Of a stretch of 64,000 bases of DNA, positions 20,913-31,500 are shown piece after piece; the stretch's first letter is position 1; every line of letters starts with the position of its first letter. A model generated the notes under the pieces. That model did no database searches and had not been told where the DNA came from. It saw only the letters and a list, made by a program, of their open reading frames with translations. Both the position numbers and the translations under genes were made by a program. Source of the stretch: Chitinivibrionales bacterium (GTDB lineage: Bacteria; Fibrobacterota; Chitinivibrionia; Chitinivibrionales; WJKA01); NCBI GenBank assembly GCA_038247415.1, contig JBBRUX010000014.1, forward strand, positions 12,758 to 76,757. Direction: 5' to 3'.

Positions 20913-22563
20913 GTTTAAACAAAAACCACCGCATCTGACAAACCTCGATAGAATTGGGGTGTTCCTTTTTTGTAGCATGCTCATGTTTTTTATGTGGTAT
21001 CCTCTTACCGATGCCGATATCTTTTGGCATTTAGCATCCGGGCGCGAGATGCTCCGCACGCACTCATTTTTGCACGTTGACCCCTTTTCATTTACACCGC
21101 GAGATCCGGTCTGGATCAATATTCATTGGCTTTTTCAGGTGTTGGTGTATGGCCTGTTTAAATGGGGGGGATATGGTGCGATTTTATGCGCCAAATGTTG
21201 TGGTATGGGCATTGGAGCATTCTTTCTCTGTCGTATTAGTAAACAGAAGGGGGATGCATTCATAACGGGACTACTTCTGGTGGCATCTCTTTTTGTGATA
21301 CGGTACGAGATCGATGCCCGGCCAATTGTAATAACCCTTGCATGTATCGCACTCTTTATGTTTTGTCTTACTCGCTTTCGCTCCACCCGTTTTGTGCGCT
21401 ATCTGGTCGTATTGCCTTTTGTAATGGTGATATGGGTAAATTGTCAAGGTCTTTATGTGCTTGGGATTGCTATACTAGGCTTTTATATGCTAGAAGATCT
21501 AGGAAAAAACATTGTTTCCAAAAAAGGTATTTCCAATTCGGTTCCACTTATTCTTGCACTACTTGGTGTTCTTGCTGCCTGTTGGATAAATCCTAATGGA
21601 CTTGACGGGGTATTATATGCGCACCGGATATTTGCTCGAATAGATCCCTCGTTAAAAAATATTTTCTCCGAAAATGTTTCAGAAAACATGCCCCTCTTAA
21701 AGCTCTGGGGTACCGATCCCTTTAGGGTAATGGTGGTATTGGTCTTTGCAGGTGCGTATGGAGTTATGGGCTTTTTTGCTCGCAAGAAAAGTGGGTGGGC
21801 CGAACATGCAATAGTAATTTCCTTTTTTATTCTTGCACTCATGGCTTCTCGCAATACCGCTCTTTTCTTTTGGGTGGCTGCACCTTCCAGTGCGGTTGCA
21901 TGCGGTTCCTTGGTGCGCAACAACAGTAGCGTACGTCAAGGCGTGGTCACGTGGTCAGGCGTTTGGGTGGTTGTTATAGGTACCGTTTTGGTACTTTTTT
22001 TGGTTTTGCATTTCATGATGCTCTCGATGCTTCCAAAAGGCCGGTGTGTTGCACCTTTTCGGTTTCCCGAAAAGGCAATTGAGTATATGAAAATTCATGA
22101 CTATTCTGGTAATGTATTTAATACCGATCGGTATGGGGGATATCTGTTGTGGCAGATGTACCCGCCTGTTAAGGATTTTATCGATGGGCGCTTTATTCTT
22201 CGGTCACCTGCTTTTTTTGCGGAGTACCTGAACATTCTCGATTCGCCACAAGTTTTTGAGGCCGTTGCAAAAAAATTCTCGCTTGGGGCGGTGCTTATTC
22301 AAACAGCATATTTCCCAAGATATTTGCCTTTGGCGCGTAATGTGTATCATTCTAAAGAATGGAAGCTTGTGTATACCGATGGGGCGAGTTGCCTATTCTA
22401 TAAGGTCTCATCATCGAATGTCCAAGCAATACAGCTCGAATCATCAATGACAGTCGATTCTTTAGCGGTTGCTGCGGCTACGAGCTGGCCGGAGGCTAGC
22501 CCCTTACGCGCAGAAGCTATAAGGCATATTTATAATTTGGCCAACTATTTAACGAAGCCATAG
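20896..22563 (+). CDS. Polytopic membrane protein, probable GT-C-superfamily glycosyltransferase
   Basis: DADIFWHLASGR, DPFSF, WLFQV, WVNCQG, YGGYLLW..FIDGR; many TM helices. Confidence 0.65.
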   Translation: MNNLDRFKQKPPHLTNLDRIGVFLFCSMLMFFMWYPLTDADIFWHLASGREMLRTHSFLHVDPFSFTPRDPVWINIHWLFQVLVYGLFKWGGYGAILCAKCCGMGIGAFFLCRISKQKGDAFITGLLLVASLFVIRYEIDARPIVITLACIALFMFCLTRFRSTRFVRYLVVLPFVMVIWVNCQGLYVLGIAILGFYMLEDLGKNIVSKKGISNSVPLILALLGVLAACWINPNGLDGVLYAHRIFARIDPSLKNIFSENVSENMPLLKLWGTDPFRVMVVLVFAGAYGVMGFFARKKSGWAEHAIVISFFILALMASRNTALFFWVAAPSSAVACGSLVRNNSSVRQGVVTWSGVWVVVIGTVLVLFLVLHFMMLSMLPKGRCVAPFRFPEKAIEYMKIHDYSGNVFNTDRYGGYLLWQMYPPVKDFIDGRFILRSPAFFAEYLNILDSPQVFEAVAKKFSLGAVLIQTAYFPRYLPLARNVYHSKEWKLVYTDGASCLFYKVSSSNVQAIQLESSMTVDSLAVAAATSWPEASPLRAEAIRHIYNLANYLTKP

Positions 22564-22675
22564 GTAAAAAAAGATCAATCACAAGCAGAATGAGTGCAAA
22601 TGTTATATTTTTTAAAGCATTAAAATTAGGTTTATCGAGTCGATTCATTTTTTCACCATTTTGTGAGGGGGATCT

Positions 22676-23710
22676 ATGCAGATTCGAGGATTGATTTTGG
22701 CAGGTGTCATCCTTGGCAGTGCAACACTGGCTGCTGCACAGGAAGCTCCACTTGGTTCTGCAACAAAGGCAGAACCAGCAGAGCAAAAAGCGCTTGATGC
22801 TTTTAAAGGCAAAGTTAAGGGTAAAATTGTTTGGTCTTCTTCACGTGCAAATTCAAAGCACGATATTTGGATTATGAATGCAGATGGGACAGAACAGAAG
22901 CCATTGACAACAGGTGGACACCTCGATTGGTTCCCACGTTTTTCTCCCGATGGTCAGAAAGTGATCTTTACTCGTAGCAAAATGGGCTGGGTTCCAGAAA
23001 TGCAAGCCGAGTTTTTTGACAAGTGGGATGTTTGGACAGTTAACGTCGATGGTACTGGCGAAACTAAAGTTGCCTCAGATGCAGTATGGGGAACCTGGCG
23101 TCCATCCGGTGATTCTATTGTTTTTGCTCGCGGTCCAAAAGTTTTTATAAAGAAACTTGGGGAAGAGTCCGACAAAGAACTTTTTGATGCAGATGTTGTT
23201 ATCAAAAAAGGTGCAGTTGCGCAACAGCCAGAACTTTCTCCTTCTGGGAAATTTCTTGCTATGACCGTTCGTGGTACCGTTCGCAAAACAGCAATTTACA
23301 ATGTGGAAAAGAAAATACTTAACGGTATGGGTGGTGGTTGCGAAATAACTTTTGTTCCTGGCGAAAAGAAAGCTCTTCGTATGAATGAAGGCCATGGCAA
23401 CGGTGGTACAGAAGTTCTTCAAATCGAGCTTGATGCCGATGGTAAAGCAATTGGCAATGTAGAAGCTTTGGCCATCCCAAAAGAAATGAAGTTCATGGAT
23501 CTTCCTGGTCGTCGTTCGCATGAATACTTTCCTCATCTCAATAAAACAGGTGAGTATATGGTATGGGGCGCAAGCCGTGGTGATCACGAGCATGATGTTT
23601 CTGACTACGATATTTATATCTGGAAGTTGGGAACCAACGCCGACAAAGATTTTGTCCGCTTGACATTCCATAGCGGCAACGATCGTTGGCCAGATCTGTT
23701 TCTTGAATAA
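22676..23710 (+). CDS. TolB-like PD40-repeat periplasmic protein
   Basis: Signal peptide; DIWIMNADG, FPRFSPDGQKVIFTR, PELSPSGK, RLTFHSGNDRWPD. Confidence 0.85.
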   Translation: MQIRGLILAGVILGSATLAAAQEAPLGSATKAEPAEQKALDAFKGKVKGKIVWSSSRANSKHDIWIMNADGTEQKPLTTGGHLDWFPRFSPDGQKVIFTRSKMGWVPEMQAEFFDKWDVWTVNVDGTGETKVASDAVWGTWRPSGDSIVFARGPKVFIKKLGEESDKELFDADVVIKKGAVAQQPELSPSGKFLAMTVRGTVRKTAIYNVEKKILNGMGGGCEITFVPGEKKALRMNEGHGNGGTEVLQIELDADGKAIGNVEALAIPKEMKFMDLPGRRSHEYFPHLNKTGEYMVWGASRGDHEHDVSDYDIYIWKLGTNADKDFVRLTFHSGNDRWPDLFLE

Positions 23711-23743
23711 GATCTGATACCAGAGTCGGAATTGAGTTTTGTA

Positions 23744-23783
23744 AAGAGCCTGCTATCTGTTTAGGTAGCGGGCTCTTCTTTTA
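23744..23783 (+). terminator. Intrinsic terminator
   Basis: AAGAGCCTGCTA / TAGCGGGCTCTT stem followed by T residues. Confidence 0.8.
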
Positions 23784-23835
23784 TTAGATGGACGGCTAAA
23801 GTAAAGCGATAGTTGCTCCACTATTCAGGCACTAC

Positions 23836-24373
23836 CTAATCGATTTTTTGCTCCACAATTGTTACCACATTGCCTGCCAGGTAGAGGGGGATTGGACAAC
23901 AAGCCCAGCAGCTATAAGCCAGTCTAGTGGGGCGGCAAGTTATGCGGGAATGGCCTTAAATACGCGTTCAATTGAGAGGGCATTGGTTTTACCCGAATGC
24001 TTTGCCATGTCGGCACAGTAATCAGTAATGAGCTCATATTGACGATGACGAACTTTTTCACTTGCAGCTAAATGCTCATCTTTTGTATTTACAAAGAGGT
24101 CGACAATTTCGGGCATACCGCCGCAGATAAGGTATCGCTGATAAATTGCCCAAAATTGGTTGTGCATCATATCGTCAAGGCGCTCAAACGCCGTGAGTGC
24201 ATGAGGACCCCGGAGTTGCGCAAGAAAATCCGCAGCCTGTTCTTCCCCCAAGGCCCAGCAAAATTCTTCGAAATCCATGTTTTGCCGACTTGTCGTGCAC
24301 CATGAAAAATTAAGGGCTTGCGTTTTTCAGCCTGCTTCCACGCAAGAAGGGCATCAATAATTTTTCGATTCAT
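23836..24373 (-). pseudogene. AAA_14/DUF4143 ATPase pseudogene with multiple internal deletions
   Basis: Collinear fragments: MNRKIIDALLAWK..GARQVGKTW / MDFEEF..GGMPE..IPA*LA / APLDWLIAAGLV / IPLYLAGNV..*. Confidence 0.85.
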
Positions 24374-24382
24374 GTAAGAACA

Positions 24383-24434
24383 TAACTTATTCGTACCAAT
24401 AAGTTGCGACCATGTAGCTTATTCCTACAAAAAA
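24383..24434. repeat. Direct repeat, 32-bp period, upstream of the AAA_14 pseudogene
   Basis: TAACTTATTCGTACCAATAA (24383) vs TAGCTTATTCCTACAAAAAA (24415); 16/20 identical. Confidence 0.6.
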
Positions 24435-24472
24435 TAATGACAAGCACTCATTTTAGGATATGGAGCATATTA

Positions 24473-26347
24473 CTATTCTACCACCACAGGCCCATTCCAT
24501 TCATTTTCATTGCCGTGGATATCTGTTCTCTCAAAACTCAGCATAATTCCCCAGGCTGCGCCGTTATTGGTGCCAAGCGCACATATAAATTCGTGATCGC
24601 CTTTTTCAAACGCATAAGGAATAACGGCATCTTCTGGCGAAACAGGATTGATGCCTTCGGGGTTGAAATGAATTTCCTTTTTATCAACCCATATCTTGAC
24701 TGGGCCATCATAGCCACAACGAATAGTAGTGTGCATAGGCTCATGGCAGCGCACGGTTGTGATAAAATAAAACAGCAGATCCGTAATTCCCTGTTTGACA
24801 ATTTCGGGGCGCATCGAGCACAGGGCACCTTTGAAGGATATTGGACGAAGTTCTAATGAACTGATTTCTGGACAAGAGAGATCGTGAAGTTTGCCAGCAG
24901 AGGGCAAAAAAGTTGATACTCTAAAGAAGCGTATGTGTGGAGCTGCGGGGAGTGATCCTATCTTTATAGGCCCAAAAACAGGAAGTGGACGCTTGGAAGA
25001 ATCGCAGATGGTACAGATCGGGTGCGTACCTTGGCCATAATGAAGAAACATGCGCTCCACTTCTCCTACGGGATAAAAGGTTCGGCATATAATTGTGGAG
25101 CCTTCTATATCTGTTTTGTAAATAATAAGATCATCAATCAAATAAGGCATTTCTACAATACTGAATCCATGCGGTTTTCCGTCCGAACGCAACGTTCCTG
25201 ATACATTGGTAAAGGTGATATACACATCGGCCAGCCCATTGAAAGGGTTTTTCCGAATAGACACGGACGCACATTCGATGGGAGGTGTTTCGGTGGAATT
25301 TTTATAGTAAAGCGCCCTGGCAGCCTGTGCCAAACGCGCGCCAACTTTGGCCTGATCTTTTCCGCTTATGTGTACATAATCATCCAGATCGAGGTCGATA
25401 GTGGAAATTGTTAAAAGATTGGGAATGACCTTGGGCAAAAGGCGCTGCTGCTCCTGGATCGAATTCCAAAATATGCCGCTAGTGCCTGTATTGCTAAACG
25501 ATTGCGCAATTTGCGCCATAACAAAAGGCATTTTGGGATTGTTACAATGAAATCTTATCGCGTCAACAAAGGTTTTCATACGGCTTGAATAAAGTGCAAC
25601 GTCTGTGGCGTCTTCGGTGTCGGAGCATCCTTGATACCATGCAACACCTGCAATGGAACCCCCATTTTTTCTGATACGTCGCATGGTGGCCCCAAAAAGA
25701 CTTTCGCCTTCTTTAGTGATAAGTGCAGGATCCCATTGGGTCATTTTGGTTCCGCCATGAGCGCATGGGATGAGACCTTGGGGTATTCCTGTTGCTGCAA
25801 AAAGCTCCTGACCAAACGCAACACCAGGGCCGCATCCTAGGTGATCTGGCATCCATTTCACCGCATTAAAGGAGTTGATGAGCGTCCGGTGAATAGAGTC
25901 CTGGGCTGTGTCTGTGGTGTGAATGGGATCTTCTGCCTTCTCCCAGATATCAGACATGGAAAACGCGCGAACTGTTTCGATGGCTGGCAGCTTTCCCGAT
26001 ATGTATCCAAACCCCTCCATGTTGGATTGCCCAGCTAAAACCCAAATATCCCCAACATACACATTGCTACAAGTTATAGAGCGGTTTGATGGTTGATTGC
26101 TTATTCCAAGTTCTATGGTATAGGGGCCTCCAACCGGGATTCCGCAAAGGTCTAAACTAAAAGAGCCATTGACCGCTTTTCCTAAAGCAATCCCACTCAA
26201 TTGGCGTAATGGTACCTCGTTAAGCTTTACGGTAACTATAATGTCGCCATCCACGCAAGATGTTCCCTGTATCGTGGCACGGGATACATTCTGTGGTGTG
26301 CGCTGAAGGACCATTCCAGTAAAGAGACCAGATGCAATTGATATCAA
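24473..26347 (-). CDS. Sialate O-acetylesterase/CE6-like SGNH esterase with extra C-terminal domain
   Basis: GDIWVLAGQSNMEG, CAHGGT, WYQGCSD, DYVH; AAGGAG RBS before TTG. Confidence 0.85.
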   Translation of the reverse strand: MISIASGLFTGMVLQRTPQNVSRATIQGTSCVDGDIIVTVKLNEVPLRQLSGIALGKAVNGSFSLDLCGIPVGGPYTIELGISNQPSNRSITCSNVYVGDIWVLAGQSNMEGFGYISGKLPAIETVRAFSMSDIWEKAEDPIHTTDTAQDSIHRTLINSFNAVKWMPDHLGCGPGVAFGQELFAATGIPQGLIPCAHGGTKMTQWDPALITKEGESLFGATMRRIRKNGGSIAGVAWYQGCSDTEDATDVALYSSRMKTFVDAIRFHCNNPKMPFVMAQIAQSFSNTGTSGIFWNSIQEQQRLLPKVIPNLLTISTIDLDLDDYVHISGKDQAKVGARLAQAARALYYKNSTETPPIECASVSIRKNPFNGLADVYITFTNVSGTLRSDGKPHGFSIVEMPYLIDDLIIYKTDIEGSTIICRTFYPVGEVERMFLHYGQGTHPICTICDSSKRPLPVFGPIKIGSLPAAPHIRFFRVSTFLPSAGKLHDLSCPEISSLELRPISFKGALCSMRPEIVKQGITDLLFYFITTVRCHEPMHTTIRCGYDGPVKIWVDKKEIHFNPEGINPVSPEDAVIPYAFEKGDHEFICALGTNNGAAWGIMLSFERTDIHGNENEWNGPVVVE

Positions 26348-26587
26348 GAACGTACTCCTTATGTAAATTGACTAAAAAAATGCGAACAAAAAAGTGCACA
26401 AAGCCTTATCTGGCTTATAAAATATGACACGCCACAGTGTATGCAGGAAAAAGGTTTCCCTCAATCCATTATAGAGTGCTGAGCATATGCAATGCCCCAC
26501 AATGTGGTATAAACCCCTGGTATTGGAGAAGTATCATAGCGGGAAATTAATGTCAATAAAAAAAGCATGGTTAAAAAAAATAAACAA

Positions 26588-26616
26588 TTGACTTTTTATA
26601 CCATAAAAAGTATTCT
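26588..26616 (+). promoter_or_regulatory. Sigma70-type promoter with a palindrome in the spacer
   Basis: TTGACT-17 nt-TATTCT; CTTTTTAT-ACC-ATAAAAAG at 26592-26610. Confidence 0.6.
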
Positions 26617-26679
26617 TAGGTATTGATAACACTATAGATAGGGTGATCATCTGTTGCAATCTTGGTTTTTTGGGGGTGT

Positions 26680-26976
26680 ATGAAAAAGATCCGATGTCTC
26701 GATCACACGATGCTTTTTAAGAAGAAAACGGAACTTGATAGCCGGTGCCTTGCCCTTATTTCCGAGGCTCGGCGCTTGTATGGTCCCATAACGCCGTGTG
26801 GTTCGGCAGCCGATTTTAAAGAGTGTTTTATCAAGGTTAATGGATCGCTTATCTTTTGGTTTAATAGCCTCGATGGATCAACCCATATCGTTAAAAGTGC
26901 AGCAACACGGAGCACAACCCAGCGCATGCCTGCAATAGTTCCCCGAAAGGCTCCAATGTCTGTGTATATGAATTGA
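26680..26976 (+). CDS. Hypothetical protein
   Basis: ORF between a promoter and a GC hairpin; YGPITPCG..ECF..LIFWFNSLDGSTH looks like a folded domain; start uncertain. Confidence 0.65.
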   Translation: MKKIRCLDHTMLFKKKTELDSRCLALISEARRLYGPITPCGSAADFKECFIKVNGSLIFWFNSLDGSTHIVKSAATRSTTQRMPAIVPRKAPMSVYMN

Positions 26977-27012
26977 ACGTACTAGATGCAGCTTGAGATT
27001 TTTGAAGTTTAT

Positions 27013-27037
27013 GGGGGGCATCAGGTATTTGCCCCCC
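27013..27037. terminator. Hairpin between convergent genes
   Basis: GGGGGGCA / TGCCCCCC. Confidence 0.55.
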
Positions 27038-27086
27038 TCCCTCAAAAGCGCCTGGGCGAAGCGCTATTCTGCAGATAAGAAATAAA

Positions 27087-28730
27087 TTACACCTTAAACT
27101 GGCTTACGATCTTTTGCAGATTTCCGGCAAGTTGCGCGAGCTCCTGGCTTCCGTTTTTAATTTGGGTAACTCCTGCCGAAGTGTCCATTGCAGCTTGGTT
27201 GACACCTTGAATATTGACCGAGATTTCCGAAAGTCCTTTGGCAGATTCTCCTACATTGTGGGCCATCTCGGATGATGCCTGGCTTGCTTCGACAATGCTT
27301 CTTGCTATTTCGTTGACCGTTGCGCTTTGTTCTTCTACGGCACTAACAATTGTTTGACTGATAGTATTAATTTCGTCGATAATGCTTGTTATTTCTTGGA
27401 TTGCAGAGAGTGACGTGTCGGTATTGGTTTGCATGTGCGCTACTTGGGTGCGAATCTGTTCTGTTGCCTGGGAAGTTTGCCGGGCAAGGTCTTTAACTTC
27501 ACTTGCTACCACGGCAAAGCCTTTGCCGGCATCTCCAGCACTTGCTGCCTCTATGGTTGCATTAAGGGCTAATAAATTTGTCTGGTCTGCAATGTCGTTT
27601 ATTATTTCTATGACTTTTCCAATTTCACGGGATGATCTGCCAAGTCGTTCCATTTGTTCTCGGGTCGATTGTGCTTGAGCATTTGCTTTGGATGCTATGA
27701 CACTCTCTTTTTGACAATTTTTTGCGACTTCGTTAAGGGATGCGCTCATTTCCTCTATTGATGTTGCTACCGATGAAACCGTAGTAGAAACGATTTCTGC
27801 GGATGTTGACATGCCGTTAATATTTGCAGTTGATTCTTCGGTTGCTGCGGCCACAGTGCGGCTTTGAGCCGACATTTCTTCTGCATTGGCCGCGATTTGA
27901 ACAGCATACGCCGATTGCTTTTCGGAAGAGCCTAAAAGGGTTGTGGTGTGATTAGCAATAGATTGTATCATGCCATGCAGCTTCTCGATAAACGTGTTAA
28001 ATAAGCGAGCTTGTTCGCCGAGTTCATCGTGTGACTGTATCGAAAGCCGATGCGTTAGGTCTCCTTCTCCTTGTGCGATATCCTTGAGCATGGTGATTGA
28101 TTGGCGGAGGGTCTGCGTAATTGACCTTGTAAGAATGATGCCAGCAAATATTATTCCGAGTATGATTATGAGCACAATTACTGTAATAACCGTTATTGTT
28201 ACAAAGGTTTTAGTTGTTGCTTTAAGTTCTTGATCCAGACGCTCTTTTTGACTCTTTGCATTGAGTATATCGACCGCTTTTAAAAAATGAGAATAGCACG
28301 GTGCAGATTCAGAGATAAAACGCTCCTGAGCTCCGGCATAGTCGCCTTGCAGAAGCAACGCAATAACAGGCGTATTAGCCGCCTTAAGTTTGGCTAGGCT
28401 TGGGTGCAAAATACTTTTAGTTGCGTCAACGGTATCTGCTTGGTTGAATGCTTGAGATATGTTGAGTGAATCAAGAATGAGCAGGCTCTCTATAGTATCG
28501 GTATCTCTTTCTCGCAGAAGCCGTTGCATTGCGCTTTGGGCATTTGAAACATGGCTGATCATATCGAGTAAACATGAAGCTTGTTGTGCCTGGTTCAAAA
28601 ACTGATTTCTTCCAGCATTAATGGATGAGTTAAGGAGTAGTGAAAAAACCAGTGTGATCAGCAAACTTGTTCCGGTTGTAATCCCGATAAGCAGATAGAT
28701 TTTTTTAGCGATTGATAGTTTCATACTCAT
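27087..28730 (-). CDS. Methyl-accepting chemotaxis protein
   Basis: Two TM helices, helical periplasmic domain, HAMP ([13 protein letters not shown]), [31 protein letters not shown]. Confidence 0.95.
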   Translation of the reverse strand: MSMKLSIAKKIYLLIGITTGTSLLITLVFSLLLNSSINAGRNQFLNQAQQASCLLDMISHVSNAQSAMQRLLRERDTDTIESLLILDSLNISQAFNQADTVDATKSILHPSLAKLKAANTPVIALLLQGDYAGAQERFISESAPCYSHFLKAVDILNAKSQKERLDQELKATTKTFVTITVITVIVLIIILGIIFAGIILTRSITQTLRQSITMLKDIAQGEGDLTHRLSIQSHDELGEQARLFNTFIEKLHGMIQSIANHTTTLLGSSEKQSAYAVQIAANAEEMSAQSRTVAAATEESTANINGMSTSAEIVSTTVSSVATSIEEMSASLNEVAKNCQKESVIASKANAQAQSTREQMERLGRSSREIGKVIEIINDIADQTNLLALNATIEAASAGDAGKGFAVVASEVKDLARQTSQATEQIRTQVAHMQTNTDTSLSAIQEITSIIDEINTISQTIVSAVEEQSATVNEIARSIVEASQASSEMAHNVGESAKGLSEISVNIQGVNQAAMDTSAGVTQIKNGSQELAQLAGNLQKIVSQFKV

Positions 28731-28803
28731 CCCTTTTGAAATTCTCATGTTTCTTGAAAAAGAAAACAAATCAGGCAAACATATACAGAGTTCTTGTAAG
28801 CAG

Positions 28804-28835
28804 AAAAAGACAAGGAAAAAATTTTCCTTGTCTTT
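28804..28835 (-). terminator. Terminator/attenuator between the Cache gene and the MCP
   Basis: AAAGACAAGGAAAA / TTTTCCTTGTCTTT stem. Confidence 0.65.
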
Positions 28836-28859
28836 ACTAGATAAATTTTCTAGTATCGC

Positions 28860-29405
28860 TTATAGCTTTGTTACAGCCAGCCCAAATACTATCGATCCAA
28901 TAGGCATTTTTCCATCAAGAACCGGAATTGCAATTTGAACCGATTGAACACCAGTCGATTCGTCAATTTCTACAGATCCTACCCAATTTTTACCGGTCAT
29001 GGGGAGATCGTGCTTTGGCTTGCCTTTATGTATCCAGCTCGTTGTTTTGGACAAATAGGCAACTTTTGAGCCATCCGCAGCGTTAACAAAGAGTTCTGTA
29101 ACGCACTCTTCTTTTTTCCCCTTGATATACGTGGCCAATTCATTTTTGGCAAGTGCTTTAACTTCTGGAGAAAGAAGGGTTAATGTTTTCCAGGTATCAT
29201 TTGTCATTGCCTTGATTTCTGCAGGTGGCGTGGTATTGTTTGCCTTAACCGCAGCCACTATGGTTGCATCGGTAGACCACGAAGCATACGCTGCAACCTT
29301 GGCATCAACTTTTGCTTGCACTGCAGCAGGCAAGAGGTCTGCCGCAAAAACACCCGTTACAAACGCACAGTATATACTTGCTGCTGTTACTATTTTAAGA
29401 TTCAT
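28860..29405 (-). CDS. Stand-alone periplasmic PDC/Cache-like sensor protein
   Basis: Signal peptide; IVAAVKANN, ELFVNAADGSKVA, VEIDESTG..QIAIPVLDGKMPIG. Confidence 0.75.
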   Translation of the reverse strand: MNLKIVTAASIYCAFVTGVFAADLLPAAVQAKVDAKVAAYASWSTDATIVAAVKANNTTPPAEIKAMTNDTWKTLTLLSPEVKALAKNELATYIKGKKEECVTELFVNAADGSKVAYLSKTTSWIHKGKPKHDLPMTGKNWVGSVEIDESTGVQSVQIAIPVLDGKMPIGSIVFGLAVTKL

Positions 29406-29428
29406 ACTAAAACTCCTAAAAAAAATAT

Positions 29429-30478
29429 TTATTTAAGCTGTGATGTAAATCGAACTCCAAGGCGGACATCGCCAGTTTTAATGCCCGTATTGTCTGAGCC
29501 AAGGCCAACTTGAAAGCGAGCCCGGGTACCAAGCTTTTTGTCGAGGTATACATCCCATTGTAAATCATCCTTTTTGCCGGGACGGTCTTTCATGATTTCG
29601 AATTCTGCTGTTAGATTGTTGAGGATGCCACCCGTTGGAATGGTTGTTCCGAAAGTAATAGGAGTTTGCGTAGTGTCAACAGCATCTGTTTTGTTTGGCA
29701 TTTTTGCTTTGGCCAGAATACCAACTTCAATAAAGGGTTTAAGATCTTTAATAATAGTGTAATCTGCAACGATGCTTACTCGGCTATCGATTTTTGCATC
29801 TTTGTTGTAAGCCAAGTCAAACACATTTGCGCGATACCCTACGCCAAAATTGAGGTCCTTGATAGGGGCAATTTCTTCGTAGATACGCAGATACCCGGTG
29901 TTGAGCTTGACATCGGATACACCCAGTAATACTGACGAAGAGAGAATAAAAATCTTGTTTGAAGCTTCAAAAGCATTGTGATACGCTAACTTTCCCATAA
30001 ATGCACCGCCTGCATCTTGGTCGAGATAGTTACCGAATTGAAGTGTTTTTGAGCTGGTGGTATAAAATCTACCTGTTTTAAGATCGATATATTTCCATGA
30101 ATATTTTACCCAGGCCTGCTCTACCTGAAATTTGGCAATAGGGGTTGTGCTTACCTTGGCCGATATCGTGTCTGTTGAATCTTTCCATGCAAATCCTGTG
30201 AGAGGTGCATAGCCAAACCCTTCGGGAAATGCACGAATATTAAGTTCTGAAGAAAAGTCCGATGCTTTGCATTTTGCGCCAAAATTGAAGCGACCCCACA
30301 GTTCGTCTAAGTTGTCTTTTACCTTGTTATCCCAGAATGCGCGCTGGGCTTGTACTTGCACAGAACCTGTAAGATCGAGCGTTGGTTTTTCAGCAGCCGA
30401 CGGAGCTGCAGGTTTATCTGCTGCGATAAGCGAGCATGCAAATACAGCTGCTATTGATAGGCTTTTAATACAATTCAT
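29429..30478 (-). CDS. Putative outer-membrane beta-barrel/porin
   Basis: Signal peptide; VEQAWVKY..DLKTGRF; amphipathic strands; C-terminal VRLGVRF. Confidence 0.65.
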   Translation of the reverse strand: MNCIKSLSIAAVFACSLIAADKPAAPSAAEKPTLDLTGSVQVQAQRAFWDNKVKDNLDELWGRFNFGAKCKASDFSSELNIRAFPEGFGYAPLTGFAWKDSTDTISAKVSTTPIAKFQVEQAWVKYSWKYIDLKTGRFYTTSSKTLQFGNYLDQDAGGAFMGKLAYHNAFEASNKIFILSSSVLLGVSDVKLNTGYLRIYEEIAPIKDLNFGVGYRANVFDLAYNKDAKIDSRVSIVADYTIIKDLKPFIEVGILAKAKMPNKTDAVDTTQTPITFGTTIPTGGILNNLTAEFEIMKDRPGKKDDLQWDVYLDKKLGTRARFQVGLGSDNTGIKTGDVRLGVRFTSQLK

Positions 30479-30770
30479 CTATGATCTCCTTAAAAAACGT
30501 TTCGGATTTAAATTAAGAATGCATTAAAACTAAAGCTTCAACAGGTATTTGTTAGAGTAACTCCGCCAGATTTCATGCGAATCTCCTTGTAAAGGTAAAG
30601 AGCATTTATCTTTGCGTGATTGTTGAATGCATAAGAATAGCAGTGCAATGATTAGTGCAAAGGTTAACTATACCGATATAAATTAAGGGAGTCAATAGTT
30701 TAATTGTTAAGGAAGTCGCAAAAAAGATACTGTAGGCAGAAAGCTTTTATGGGGCAATGTAGGATGCCTG

Positions 30771-30803
30771 CACAGCAAAGAGACTGTAAGTCTCTTTGCT
30801 GTG
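30771..30803 (-). terminator. Intrinsic terminator-like hairpin
   Basis: CACAGCAAAGAGACT / AGTCTCTTTGCTGTG right after the Rieske gene stop. Confidence 0.8.
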
Positions 30804-30809
30804 TAAATG

Positions 30810-31268
30810 TTACTGTTGGTTTTTAATCTCTATAATTGTTCCGTTTAGTGTGGCTGCGTAAGGAGTTAGGTCTTTTTTTGCAGGTCCATGGGTAACTTTG
30901 CCATGCGCATCAAATGTTGCTTTATGGCAAGGGCAGGTTGCCACGCCCTGTATCGGAATGCCAACCTCGCAGCCGAGATGAGTACATTTCGATGAATATG
31001 CCGCTACTTCTGTTTCGGAGATTCGCGTAACAATTATGGGTTTTGCGTTACCTTTTGGTGCAGGAATTTTTACCGATCCACCGGGTTGAGCCAGCGCCTG
31101 GTATTGTGGATTGGTAAGGTCTAACAGTATTGGCGTGGGCAATGCCGGTGATGCTCCGCCCATTGCGTTTGCAGTGCCTGCTGAAAATTGACTAATTATC
31201 GCTGCTCCAAGAGCAGTTGTGCCTAAAACTTTGGCAAAATCACGACGTGACATTTCTTTTGTCGACAT
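30810..31268 (-). CDS. Tat-exported Rieske [2Fe-2S] protein
   Basis: SRRDFAK Tat motif; CTHLGC and CPCH. Confidence 0.9.
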   Translation of the reverse strand: MSTKEMSRRDFAKVLGTTALGAAIISQFSAGTANAMGGASPALPTPILLDLTNPQYQALAQPGGSVKIPAPKGNAKPIIVTRISETEVAAYSSKCTHLGCEVGIPIQGVATCPCHKATFDAHGKVTHGPAKKDLTPYAATLNGTIIEIKNQQ

Positions 31269-31431
31269 GGGGGCTCCTTTGTACTTAAAAATCAATGGAT
31301 AGAACTTATTTACTAACCCTATAAATATATGTATAGTACGCAGTGTGAAATTGTCGAATTTTCTTTTTTTGGGGGTGGCTTTTCTAAATTCATTATGAAG
31401 GATTGATTTTTTTTTGCAATAGCCTTTTTCC

Positions 31432-31460
31432 TGCAACAAAGCTCTTCTTTGAAGCGTATA
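31432..31460 (+). promoter_or_regulatory. Putative ECF-sigma promoter
   Basis: TGCAAC-17 nt-CGTATA, 40 nt before ATG 31501. Confidence 0.5.
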
Positions 31461-31500
31461 TCTTAAAGTGAGTTAGACTAATACATTTTAAGGAGGAATT

